Below, one piece after another: positions 1 to 11,000 of a stretch of 64,000 bases of DNA. Below the pieces are notes generated by a model. The model searched no databases, had not been told where the DNA came from, and saw nothing but the letters and a program-made list of their open reading frames with translations. Origin of the DNA: a virus; IMG/VR virus record IMGVR_UViG_3300043411_001170, positions 32,001 to 96,000 of that record. One strand, 5' to 3'. Numbering within the stretch: the stretch's first letter is position 1; the number at the start of each line of letters is the position of its first letter. The position numbers were made by a program, and so were the translations under genes.

Positions 1-3000
1 ATCAATAAGTCTAAAACAGAGATAACAAATAAAATTGCTTCCCTAGTAAAGCAGGCTTCTACTTTACAAGCAAAAAATGATAGAGCACTACGTCTGATGT
101 TCTTGGACGGTGCATATGCCTACATGTCAAATCCAGCAGCTATGGAAAAATTATTAGATCTCGTTAATGATCTAATGGTAGCTGATAAAAAGCGCGCACA
201 AGACGCTGATGATGATTTAGAAGTAGACGAGCAAGGAAATGCGTACAATAAAAAAAGCGTAGAATACGCAGAAATTGTTAACCAACTATCGGATCGTGCC
301 AATTTCAGCAAATATAAAGTATTCTCCAGAGGTCCGTCATTTCCTGGAATTATTAACAATTCGGGTGAGTCAGAAGCAACTAAGTCCCAAATAAATGATA
401 AACTAAAAGATCTTAATAGTTTATTAGATAATACTTTAATGCAGGCTAGTACAGCCATAGATAAATTTAGAGATACATCAAGTGTTCGCAATAGGCAGCA
501 ATTTGATGATAAAATAGCTGATGAGATTAAAAATCTTGAAAAATCTTTGGCCTCTCTTAATAAGAAAAAAGACGCATTAAAGAAAGAAATTGATAAGGTT
601 GAAAATATTCTTGTTAATGAGAATGAAGATAAAGAAAAACACGCTTTGACAATGAATTTTATCAATGATAAATTCAAGAAATATGTTACAGATGCAAATG
701 AACTTTTTGAAATTTTAGAAGAAGGTATTAAGCAGTTAGGCGAAGATAAAGTAGACGAGGCTTTTTTAGCAGACCATAGAGACATCTTAAAGAAAAGTAT
801 TGCGTCTATCATTCAGCATATAGACGTAGGAATTAGACCTACACCAAAATCATCAAATCCAAAAGTGTTTAAATCATATAACCCAAATGCATTTGAAGAG
901 AACGATGTAACCAAGCTTCGTTTGATCATTTTCTTAGACAGACTTGTAAAGAAGCTAAATATTAATATTGCTTTAGTATCAGTAACAGTTACTGACTATA
1001 TTACAGGAACACAAGAAGATAGTTTGGCAACTATCAAATACACTCCTACAGGTAGTTTCGATAATACCAACTTGAGCAGTAGAGAAGCTGCTGCATTAAA
1101 AGTAAAAATTAATGAGTTGGTTCAGTTAGGTAAAGGTACAAAACTAGGAATACTTGAAAGTGATTCCAGAATATTCGCTGCATTTAAAGAACTTACAGGT
1201 TTCACAGACGATAAAACAAAAGACTTATCTCAAGCACAAAAAGAAAGTTATGCAGCATGGGTTACATCTTGGTTAGGTCGTGTAGATCAGGGATGGTACA
1301 GAAATATCATGTCAGCTATTTCTGGCTATACTAAAAACCTAAAAACATCTTACTTAGACAGTGAAGACGTTTATCAGACTCTATTTTTCGGTGTTTCAAA
1401 AACACAACAAGAGAGATTGAGAAGCGTACAAGAATCTTCTACAGAGGTAGCAGATTTTTATATCGACCCTTTATTCCTTGCTGGACTTTTAACTTGCAGT
1501 AAGAAAAGCAGAGGAATTGATCTTGTTAAAGACACTCCTATTTTAAAGAGTGTTGTTGGTGTGGTCGGAAAAGAATATCTATGGTCTGATAAAGGAAATA
1601 AATTATCTTTTATTTTCCCAAATAACCAAGCTATTTTAAAGTTTATTAACAAGAAAACCAATAAAATTGCTGGTTCTTTAATTCGTAAGCGAAGCGAGTT
1701 AACAATGTACAAGATTGTAGAATCTGACACATTGATGACTCCACGTGACTATCGTTCTTACATCGAAGGATTATTAATTAGAGAAGGGAAATTAACTAAG
1801 ACCACGACACCAAAAGATAAGAAATCTTTAATTACTAAGAAAAGAGAAGAATTAGAAGATAAGAATAAGATTAAAGAAATCCGTGTGAAGATGTATGAGG
1901 CATCTATCGATGCTCCTATAACAGGACAAGATGGAACCACATTTGATGATTCTGGGGCAGGAAGAATTGAAGATGTAAGTAACTCTCTATCCGACATGGG
2001 TGGATTAAAGGGAACTTTTGAATATCAAGACACCTTAACAAGTGCAAGTATTTTTGATAAAGGGGGTTACTCTATTAATCAAATTTATTTGGACATGTTA
2101 AGCGGTGATAAAACACGTTTAATGAGTTTAGTGGACTCTTACCAAGACAGAATCGTAGACCTATTAAATAGAAATCCGACAGTTAAAGAAAGTCTCACAG
2201 ATTCGTTGTCTGGAATTATTCCTGACTATGTGAGACACTCTGATAATCTATTTACATCAAAGAACGTAACGTTCTACCGTAATCAGGTACGTAGTCGTAT
2301 AAATTCGGCATTAATTCCAAAGAAAAGAATGGAATTACATGTGAATAAATTAAAAATGAATGCCATATTAGCCGCAGAAGAAGTATTTGAGGGTAATGAC
2401 GAATGGCTCAGAGATGAGTTAAAGAAAATCGATCCTCAAGCTCTTTCTTTTGCAGGATTAACGAGAATTCTAACAAGTAACGAATATAACGATCCACGAT
2501 CCCCAGAAGATAATAAACTAGTAAAGTTAGAAAAATTACTAGAGGAAGTAAGCAACCAGGATCTCACATCTACTGTTGCAGATTTAAATAAAGAGTATGA
2601 TGAACAATTAAAGAAATCTACAGATACAAAGTATCAACTAGATACGGTACAAAAACTCATTAAGACTCTTGAAATAAAGAAAGATGGTAAGTGGGACGTA
2701 AGCCAGATTTCTGCCATCAGAAATTATTTTAAAACTCCTGCTTTCGCATATTCTTCTGGAAAATTATTGGGACTTAGTGACGCCGAGATTTTTGACAAGA
2801 TTAGTAATTTAGAAATGTCAGATCTTGTCAAAATAAAGTCGGAATTAGAACAGTCCTATAAAACAGAATCTGAAGCCGCAAAGAAACAAAGAGCAGAAAT
2901 CTTCCGTTTATCGGACGAACAGAGAGCATTAAAAAGAAGACAAGAGGTTCTTAATAAGTTGTTAGATCTGTCCGTAGAAATGGGCGTATCGAGAGTAAAT

Positions 3001-6000
3001 GCAAAGGATGTCATTTATGATCTAAAGACACCCACTGAATTACAGAAAGATTTGGCTATTGCCAACTCAAATCTAAAGAAAACATTACTATCTATCGCTT
3101 CTGTAGAAGAACAAATCTCTGTCGAAGAAGATACTTTTAATAGAAAATCCTTAGAGATACACTTAGAAGGAATTAGACACATTGAGAAAAGACAATTAGA
3201 AATAAAAGAAAAATTAGAGCAAGATTTAGAAAAAAGAAAAGTCCAGTATGAAGCAGAATCTGCGGCTGTAAAAATACAAAAAGCCTTAAAGAAGAATAGA
3301 TACGAAAAGATCTTAGATCAAGAGTCTTTTGATTACAAAATTCAAAATAAGATAAATGAGTTGGAAGAACTCAGACTACAACATTTTGATGATCCAAATG
3401 ACGAGGCTAGGAGATTAGAGAAGATAAAGAAACTTGATTTAACTATTAAGGATATGAAAATCCAATCGAGAAGCATAAATGTTAATATTATGCGAAATAT
3501 GTCTGATGAAATGGATGCTCTTGCAAAAGATTATGATAACAAATCTGATCTTCCAAAAGCACAAGATAACTACAAGGCTGTAGTAGACTATCTTAATAGT
3601 ATTATTAAGAAGCTTGTGCGTTTTGAGGGTGATAATAGTCATATCCGTGATAAAATAGAAACTCGTGATAAGTTAGATAACTTAGTTAAAGAACTAGGTA
3701 ATAAAGATGGAAAATGGACTCCGTCTCAATATACTATTTTACGAAAATATCTATTGGAAAACACCAATAGACTAGACAATAAGACTACAGAGCAGCAGAT
3801 TGCAGAGTTAGACAACTATAGCACTAAGCAATTTAAAACTGAGCATGACACTCTGAAATCACAAATCGAAGACGAAGAGAAGAAGACAGAAGCAGATACT
3901 AGAGATGCCTATGTTTCTCGTTATAGAGAGATGAGAAAGAATGCTCAAGATGAATCGGCAATTCATTTGCGTTATGCTTCACCTAAAGTAATTTTTGCAA
4001 AAATTGAAGAATTACTAAAGCAGTCAAAAGATAAGTCTAAAATTCCTGCCTTGGAAGGTGAATTTGCAGAAATGACTAATCTTACATCCCTTGGTGACGA
4101 TGGGATTAACGTTAAGACCTATAACAAGATATATACTCTAATGGAATCCGTATGGTCACAGATCTATGTAAGATCTGCTATGATCGAAAAGAATAATATG
4201 GAGAGTAAATTAAATAGTCTTCTCGATAAAAAAGATCAGATGGAAGAAGAGAAGGCAAGCATGGAAGCTGATAAGTCTGTATCAAAAGAAGATATGAAGA
4301 GACACCTGTCTAGTATGGAAGATCTACAGAGATCAATTAAAAAAGTTGAAAAGCACTTAGAAGATTTTTCAACTAAAACAGGAATTTCTTCACAGATTGA
4401 GGATAAGGACAAAGAAGCCAGCATTATCGAGCTTGTCAAGAATATGGAGCAGTATATCGCCTATATTTCTGGATCTGCTCCATTGCTACTAAAGAAAGTT
4501 CCTAAAAAGGAATTGGATATCTATAGAGATATTCACAGAAAGGCTATTAAAACAGCACCTAATTTGATGTCTCTATTTGAGGGTAGAATAGAAACTCTTA
4601 GAAATAAACATGTTTCTGTTCTTTACGGAGATATCAAAAAGAAACTGCTTACAGACGGTTTAAATATAGATTCTAATATCATCAAATTGCATACCATCTC
4701 TGATGTATTTAGTGATTACGATAATGCTATCACAATGAATGCCAATATTATGGCATCTTCTGAAGTTATTCGTAATAGCATGAAACATCTATTAACAAGT
4801 GATGATGTAAAAATTGAAAGTAACAATGACGCATTAGCAAGAAAGTTATGGGATTTTTACTTTGAATTAATCAAAGTATCTGGAGATGAAGCTTTACATG
4901 TAAAAGACATTGATGATAGATTACAGGAAATAGATGCAAGAATCTCTGTAAATGAAGGGGAAATAAGGAAAATTATTGAAGCTGTTGGAAAAGATCTTAA
5001 AGAAACAACTGACCCCACAATTCAAGTTATTGTGGATAAAATAAATAGATCTGAAAAAGGCATAGAATTACCTAAAACTGACTTTAATTTAGATCCAGAA
5101 AAAAAGAATAGTTTAGTTTCTATGTTGCTCCGTCTAAAAGACGAAAGGGTCAAGTTATTAGAAGAAAGAAGAATGGAGAACATTACTAAAACATCTCTCA
5201 ATGGTTTAAGAAGATTGCAAAATATCTGGAGAATCTCACAAATACCCAATAAGCATTTCAAAGATAAAATCTCCAAGACGGTAAAGGGTACAAGTGGTTC
5301 CTTAGATGTCGGTGAAGACAAATATAATGAAGAATATTACAAGAACTTACTAGCTATACTAGAAGGTGACGTTGATCCTTGGACAAAAGGATTCACAGAG
5401 ATACTACTAGAAAAGAGAAAAGAGGACGCTAGACAAGATAACAGAGAAGCAGAAGAAGATAATGAAGATGAGTCAACGGGTTCACAATTTGTAAATAAAC
5501 GAATTGCCACCGTTGTTTGTGAAGCATTACGAGTATTTGCTGGAAAATCTATGGTGAAAAATGAGCAGAATAAAATGCAGGAAGCTGGATGGGTAGAATG
5601 GATTCGTAAAGATCCCAAAAAGCAAAAATCTATCGGTTCGGCTTTATTTAATATCATCAAAAAAGCTGAAAATATTAGAAAATTTGTATTAGCTGGAAAG
5701 AATAATTCCGAAGAAAATAGCTTATTAAATAAGCTTATTTCTTTACCTACTCCAAAATCATTGTTATCCGACACTGGAAAAAGAGAACCTGATTTAACTC
5801 AAAGAGAAAAGGCAGAAGCTGCAAAAAGCCGTAAATTGTCTGATGCCGATTTTAAGATGCTTGATAATTATTTAGCTATGATGCGTCCTGCTGGAAGTGT
5901 TCCAGACAGAATACAGACAATTATGGGAGAGCGAGCTAGAGCTATTTTTAATCCAAAAACAGCTATTCAATCGATCTATAAATATCTCCCTTCTCTACCT

Positions 6001-8061
6001 GTACAGTTTGGATTTATTAATGAAACGCTTTCACAATCTTCCGACACATTAATGCAAACTAATAGAAAGAAGAAAGCGAAAGAACAACAGGTAAAAGTCC
6101 GTTATTACTTGGATGGTACAGTAGAATCAACTATACAAGAAAAAAGAACTAGAGGTAAGTTCGGCCTTACTCAATTAAATGCCTTAAAGGGTTCTTTTAT
6201 TGGTAGTTCCTTCAGTAACGCCATAGCCGTAGCTAAAGTTACAGATAGTTTATTTGACAGTGGATTATTTGTAGATGAAATACTTGATAGATATTCAGGT
6301 ATCGGAATGGTAATGAATATCGGAAATAAAGAAGCGCAGAATTATTTCAAAAAACCCGATGCCTTTACTATGTCAGACTTTAACATAGATATTAGAAGTC
6401 TGCAAGAAGCCTATAGAATGTCCGAGGGGATTATAACAGACGAGGTAAAAGAGATTACACGTAAAATCATTACTTCATTCGGTGAAGTAACAAATGAAAA
6501 AGATCGTGATGCACTTATTAACCTCAATAGATCTCTCATTGAATTAGGAAAAGTATCTCCTACAGAAAACACAGACGGATTCCTAAGACAACATCTTGGG
6601 ATGGGTAATACGGACATTGAAGGAAATAAAGTTGGTTTTTTCTATGACCTGTATAAGGATACCGATATGTTGTCTCCTGAAGCAGGAAGAGTCATGAGCC
6701 AACTAAATTGTTTCTTTATTCAAAAAAAGAAGGGGAAGACTAAGCCTATTTGTTTATTTAATATGAACAAAATACCTAAGAATTTAAAAACATTATCGAA
6801 AGTAAGAATTGAGCTTTTAGCGCTAACAGAGAAGTATGAAAACGAAGTCGTTGATCTTAATCAAATGATTAAGGCAGCCAGAATTGAGAAAGGAAAAACA
6901 AGTACTACAAATAAAAGGGATGTAGCCAGCTATATTGCATCTTTAGTAGAGGCTAAAAGAAAACTCGTAAGAAATATCTTGGATGTAAAATATATTCTAG
7001 ATAAAAGAGGTGCAGGAGAGTACTGCAATACAAAAATTGCAGAATTAAACAGGGAATATGCAATTTTAGAAGAAGATCAAAAAAATAATCCCTTGGAAGC
7101 AAGGGCAGATACTATGAAAGATCTTCAATTAGAAATCCAAGTATACAATGGAGAAAAAACAGCTATTGGAAAATATTTAGCAGTGAGAACAGCAGAATAT
7201 GAAGACACGAAGAAAAAAGAAATAAAGAAATATGGTACTTCTGTGTCCAAGCTAAAGACTTATGATCTTGAAGATATGATTTCGGAAGTAAACACTAAAT
7301 ATACTTCTGTCTTCAATGCTTATAATCTAATAGACCCATCTATTGTACAATCAGAGTGGAATCTTGTAAAACAAGAAAAGAAGCTACGAGAGATGAGAAT
7401 ACCTATCACCTTTAACTTAGACAAAGACATTAATGTCAGTAATTTTATAGAAGAGGAGATGGAAAGATTTAAATCCTTACTTACAAATGAAGAAGATGAA
7501 AATGCAAATGTACAAGATATATTGAGAAGCCACAAAAATTACATAACAAAACTATACAAAGAAGCTATTGTAACAGTTGCCTTATCTCTAAATGGAAATA
7601 GAGAATATGAAGTCGATCTAAAGAGTCGGGAAGTTAATAGAATACTATATGTAGACGAAATGGTTTCATTCTTTGCTAGTGTAAATCCTGTCATAGACGA
7701 ACTATATAATCTAAAACAAAAAACGGATAGTATTATAAATACCCTAAAGGACGTATTACCTGTACTTTCTGATTACAATACATCAGATAAAAATAAACTA
7801 TATGAAGTCGTAAAGAATGAACTCATCAGAGAAAGTGGCGGTGACATCACAGATGAAGATATTGAAGATAACAAAGAATATCAAAATGAAATCTATTTCC
7901 GAATGAATCAAATAATGACAGGAAAGACGGCTAGAAATGAGAATTTCATCAGATATTTAAAAGAAGCTATTTCTGAGTATGGCGGTTCAGCCGTTAACTC
8001 TATATCTGCATATGCAAATGAATCTTTCTCGACTCTAAAAAAGATCGTACAAAAAGTATAA
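1..8061 (+). CDS. Giant coiled-coil-rich protein (>2,686 aa, open at window start); candidate virion internal/ejected protein
   Basis: Frame 1 is open from base 1 (INKSKTEITNKIASLVKQAS...) through the 97..8061 ORF; K/E-rich helical composition; function inferred only. Confidence 0.85.
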   Translation: MNKSKTEITNKIASLVKQASTLQAKNDRALRLMFLDGAYAYMSNPAAMEKLLDLVNDLMVADKKRAQDADDDLEVDEQGNAYNKKSVEYAEIVNQLSDRANFSKYKVFSRGPSFPGIINNSGESEATKSQINDKLKDLNSLLDNTLMQASTAIDKFRDTSSVRNRQQFDDKIADEIKNLEKSLASLNKKKDALKKEIDKVENILVNENEDKEKHALTMNFINDKFKKYVTDANELFEILEEGIKQLGEDKVDEAFLADHRDILKKSIASIIQHIDVGIRPTPKSSNPKVFKSYNPNAFEENDVTKLRLIIFLDRLVKKLNINIALVSVTVTDYITGTQEDSLATIKYTPTGSFDNTNLSSREAAALKVKINELVQLGKGTKLGILESDSRIFAAFKELTGFTDDKTKDLSQAQKESYAAWVTSWLGRVDQGWYRNIMSAISGYTKNLKTSYLDSEDVYQTLFFGVSKTQQERLRSVQESSTEVADFYIDPLFLAGLLTCSKKSRGIDLVKDTPILKSVVGVVGKEYLWSDKGNKLSFIFPNNQAILKFINKKTNKIAGSLIRKRSELTMYKIVESDTLMTPRDYRSYIEGLLIREGKLTKTTTPKDKKSLITKKREELEDKNKIKEIRVKMYEASIDAPITGQDGTTFDDSGAGRIEDVSNSLSDMGGLKGTFEYQDTLTSASIFDKGGYSINQIYLDMLSGDKTRLMSLVDSYQDRIVDLLNRNPTVKESLTDSLSGIIPDYVRHSDNLFTSKNVTFYRNQVRSRINSALIPKKRMELHVNKLKMNAILAAEEVFEGNDEWLRDELKKIDPQALSFAGLTRILTSNEYNDPRSPEDNKLVKLEKLLEEVSNQDLTSTVADLNKEYDEQLKKSTDTKYQLDTVQKLIKTLEIKKDGKWDVSQISAIRNYFKTPAFAYSSGKLLGLSDAEIFDKISNLEMSDLVKIKSELEQSYKTESEAAKKQRAEIFRLSDEQRALKRRQEVLNKLLDLSVEMGVSRVNAKDVIYDLKTPTELQKDLAIANSNLKKTLLSIASVEEQISVEEDTFNRKSLEIHLEGIRHIEKRQLEIKEKLEQDLEKRKVQYEAESAAVKIQKALKKNRYEKILDQESFDYKIQNKINELEELRLQHFDDPNDEARRLEKIKKLDLTIKDMKIQSRSINVNIMRNMSDEMDALAKDYDNKSDLPKAQDNYKAVVDYLNSIIKKLVRFEGDNSHIRDKIETRDKLDNLVKELGNKDGKWTPSQYTILRKYLLENTNRLDNKTTEQQIAELDNYSTKQFKTEHDTLKSQIEDEEKKTEADTRDAYVSRYREMRKNAQDESAIHLRYASPKVIFAKIEELLKQSKDKSKIPALEGEFAEMTNLTSLGDDGINVKTYNKIYTLMESVWSQIYVRSAMIEKNNMESKLNSLLDKKDQMEEEKASMEADKSVSKEDMKRHLSSMEDLQRSIKKVEKHLEDFSTKTGISSQIEDKDKEASIIELVKNMEQYIAYISGSAPLLLKKVPKKELDIYRDIHRKAIKTAPNLMSLFEGRIETLRNKHVSVLYGDIKKKLLTDGLNIDSNIIKLHTISDVFSDYDNAITMNANIMASSEVIRNSMKHLLTSDDVKIESNNDALARKLWDFYFELIKVSGDEALHVKDIDDRLQEIDARISVNEGEIRKIIEAVGKDLKETTDPTIQVIVDKINRSEKGIELPKTDFNLDPEKKNSLVSMLLRLKDERVKLLEERRMENITKTSLNGLRRLQNIWRISQIPNKHFKDKISKTVKGTSGSLDVGEDKYNEEYYKNLLAILEGDVDPWTKGFTEILLEKRKEDARQDNREAEEDNEDESTGSQFVNKRIATVVCEALRVFAGKSMVKNEQNKMQEAGWVEWIRKDPKKQKSIGSALFNIIKKAENIRKFVLAGKNNSEENSLLNKLISLPTPKSLLSDTGKREPDLTQREKAEAAKSRKLSDADFKMLDNYLAMMRPAGSVPDRIQTIMGERARAIFNPKTAIQSIYKYLPSLPVQFGFINETLSQSSDTLMQTNRKKKAKEQQVKVRYYLDGTVESTIQEKRTRGKFGLTQLNALKGSFIGSSFSNAIAVAKVTDSLFDSGLFVDEILDRYSGIGMVMNIGNKEAQNYFKKPDAFTMSDFNIDIRSLQEAYRMSEGIITDEVKEITRKIITSFGEVTNEKDRDALINLNRSLIELGKVSPTENTDGFLRQHLGMGNTDIEGNKVGFFYDLYKDTDMLSPEAGRVMSQLNCFFIQKKKGKTKPICLFNMNKIPKNLKTLSKVRIELLALTEKYENEVVDLNQMIKAARIEKGKTSTTNKRDVASYIASLVEAKRKLVRNILDVKYILDKRGAGEYCNTKIAELNREYAILEEDQKNNPLEARADTMKDLQLEIQVYNGEKTAIGKYLAVRTAEYEDTKKKEIKKYGTSVSKLKTYDLEDMISEVNTKYTSVFNAYNLIDPSIVQSEWNLVKQEKKLREMRIPITFNLDKDINVSNFIEEEMERFKSLLTNEEDENANVQDILRSHKNYITKLYKEAIVTVALSLNGNREYEVDLKSREVNRILYVDEMVSFFASVNPVIDELYNLKQKTDSIINTLKDVLPVLSDYNTSDKNKLYEVVKNELIRESGGDITDEDIEDNKEYQNEIYFRMNQIMTGKTARNENFIRYLKEAISEYGGSAVNSISAYANESFSTLKKIVQKV

Positions 8062-8087
8062 TATAAAAATAGGTTAAGAGGTTTATT

Positions 8088-11000
8088 ATGAGCAGCCACA
8101 ATAGTCTATGGGATCTATTCTTATCAGAAGTTGAAAAACAGGAGGCTCCTTACAAGGAGCCATTGACAAAAGAAGCATCTTCTCACTCGTCTAAAGAAAT
8201 ACTACGAGAAGCTTTTACAGAGTATACAGGAACAATTAAAACAGCAGCTACAAAGAAAAAGCCTGTTCTAAAGGAGGTTGTCCAAAGGCAACCTTTTCTT
8301 GAGTCTAGTGAAAGTATAACATCTCTTCTTATGGAAGACTATCAGTATATCGTAAATGATGCTGACGGGGTTATACCTGATTTAATTAGAATTATTCGTT
8401 CCTCAAATAAAGGAACAAGCGAAGAAAAAGAAAAAGCCGTAAAAATTCTTAATGAGTTCAAGAGTGTATTAGAGAGTACAAACTCAAAGATTTTAAGATA
8501 TATAAACGAATTAAAATCGAATAAGAATATATTTTATGCAGAAGAACAAGCATATAGAAATAAAACTATAGAGCTATTTACTAGAATGATTCAATCGGAA
8601 GTGTTGTTAAACTTATTTAGAGATAATATTCAAGACAAGAGAAATAGTACTGACATTAAAGAAGAAGAAGCAGGTGATGAAAAATTAAATAGAGGAACAC
8701 CTATCATATCAAAAGCAGATGGGGAATCTTATGAAGTTGACGAAGATGGACATGTTATATCTACAACAACTTCTAAATTACTAAGCTCAAGACGTACTCA
8801 TACAGTACAAGACATGACAAGAAAGAATACTATTACGAGAGACTTAAATATCTCTTATGTCAATAAATATATTGACAATCTAGTTAAGGATATTTACGAA
8901 AATTCTAATGTCTATCCTATTCCTTTAAAACCTTCAAGAGGAACTAGAGATGAGCAAGTTGCGGATAGAGAGCGTGCTTTAGGATATTTACGTCCAGTAT
9001 TTGAAGTTATTTTGGATACTATTAGAACACAAGTAGTAAATTTAACGGCTGACGCAAATAATCTACTTCAAAAACACCTAGAAGAATTAAAAAGGTTTAA
9101 ATCTGAAGTAAAAAAAGATAAAAATGCAAAAAGGCCCATGTTAGATTTAGAAAATACATTCTTTACTTGGAAAAAAATAGATAAAACCAGAAGTATCACA
9201 TTAGACACCCACAATAAGAACTTGCATTTATACTTACGTCCTATAGTCGTAAATGCAGTGCGTAATATATCAAGCAGTGTAGAAGGATCTACGCATGAAA
9301 AATTAATAGATGATAAATCAAATGATTTTATTCAAAGCGTGCTATACGATGAATCTTCCAATATTAATATTGGTAATATTATCATCAATAAAATTGCTTT
9401 GATTGATATGTCATATAATGAGTCAACAAAGAAAAAACAAGAAACCATCAATGAAGATATGCTGGATTCTTTATATGGGGCAATTTTCAATACGACGGCA
9501 AAAAGTACTGAAGAAAAAACTAAAAAGATTCGTGGCTATGTAAAAGAATATGCAATGGGTGTTATAAATAATTTGGAATCTGGAATAAAAAAGAGCATGA
9601 GCGATAATTATTTCACAGATCTTATCTCTCTGACTTTATCTGAATTTATGCCACTCCATGTAAAAGCAGAGAAAAATAACGTAGAAAATGAACTATTGCT
9701 TGGATTTAATAAATATATACAATCCAGTATCAGATCAAGAAAAGCACCATTTTCAATCAATACTACAGGTATTGGTGACGATTACAGAGCACAATATGGT
9801 GATTTAACAACAAAAGAAGAAAGAAATAAGTCCATAGCCGTGAGTACAGCCATAAGAGAGCTTGTAGGTAAATCACCTGTTAAGGGTGTAGACACCACAA
9901 CTAATAAATTACCAGTATCTGATCTGGATCTTATAAAAGATAAAGAAATAGATGAGCTAGCTAAAACCTATCCTGGCGTTCCTACGGCTATATCAAGAGT
10001 CGTAAATGATTTAATTGGATTAGGATCTAAAGGATCATCCGTTTTAGATGAGTCAACTAAATATATTTTACAAGGAAACGAAGGAAAAGTAGCAAAGAAG
10101 ATAGCAGATATTTTAAATCTAAAAGAAGAACAAGAGATCATAAAAAATAATCCTGATCTTTTAAATTATCCTGAGCCTGAAAGAAAAGAAAAGATCAAAA
10201 AAATCAAAGAAGAGGGATTAGGTGTAAAAGCAAAATTGAAAAAACAGAGAGATAATTTACGACTCTGGTTTATCAATATGGGAATTTCCCCAGATATTAA
10301 AAATCCTTACGATTTTAATTCTAGTATAAATGATGTTAAAATCAAGTTAAAATCTAAGGTCGATCCTCTTATAGAAGTAAGAACAAATCTGATTAATGAA
10401 CTTGAAGGTGTCGGAAAAATAAAAGATCAAGGGTTAAATAAGAAATATGACGAACTATATAATAGGTTCACGAAAGATACAAAGAATGTGATAGAGTTAT
10501 CAACTCTCAAGACCACTTCTCTGGATAAATTAAAAATAACCCCAGAGGTACTTAGAACATTCAAAAGTGTGTTTGATAGCCTATCCAATTATGCAAGTTA
10601 CTATGTAAAGGACACAGAAGAAGCTACCTCTGGGCAAGGTCTTCCAAAAGACGTTATGGATTATACGTCTAGATTAAAGATCAATAACAATACAGACGCT
10701 CTTACATCTAGAATGGGAATACCAAAAGAGTTAGTTAATTTCTTTTTTGAAGAAGTTAATAAACTCATGGAATCTGACAATAAAGCCGATAAGGAAAAGT
10801 TATCAACCATTCTGGGTGAAGTAATAGATGTTTTACTATCCATCAGGGGAAATATCTCAGTCTGTATTAAAGTTTTTACAAATTACGAAAAGAATATAAC
10901 AGATCATAATCCGAGAGGGATTAGTAATATAAATGCAAATTTAATTAATTATGAAGCGGCCTATAAACTACTAATTTCTACAGAAAAAGAATATAAAGAT

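Noticed and set aside
6370-6395. SDFNID in the giant protein as a virion RNAP catalytic motif
   Set aside because: Lacks the DxDxD triad (DFDID/DFDGD) of two-barrel polymerases
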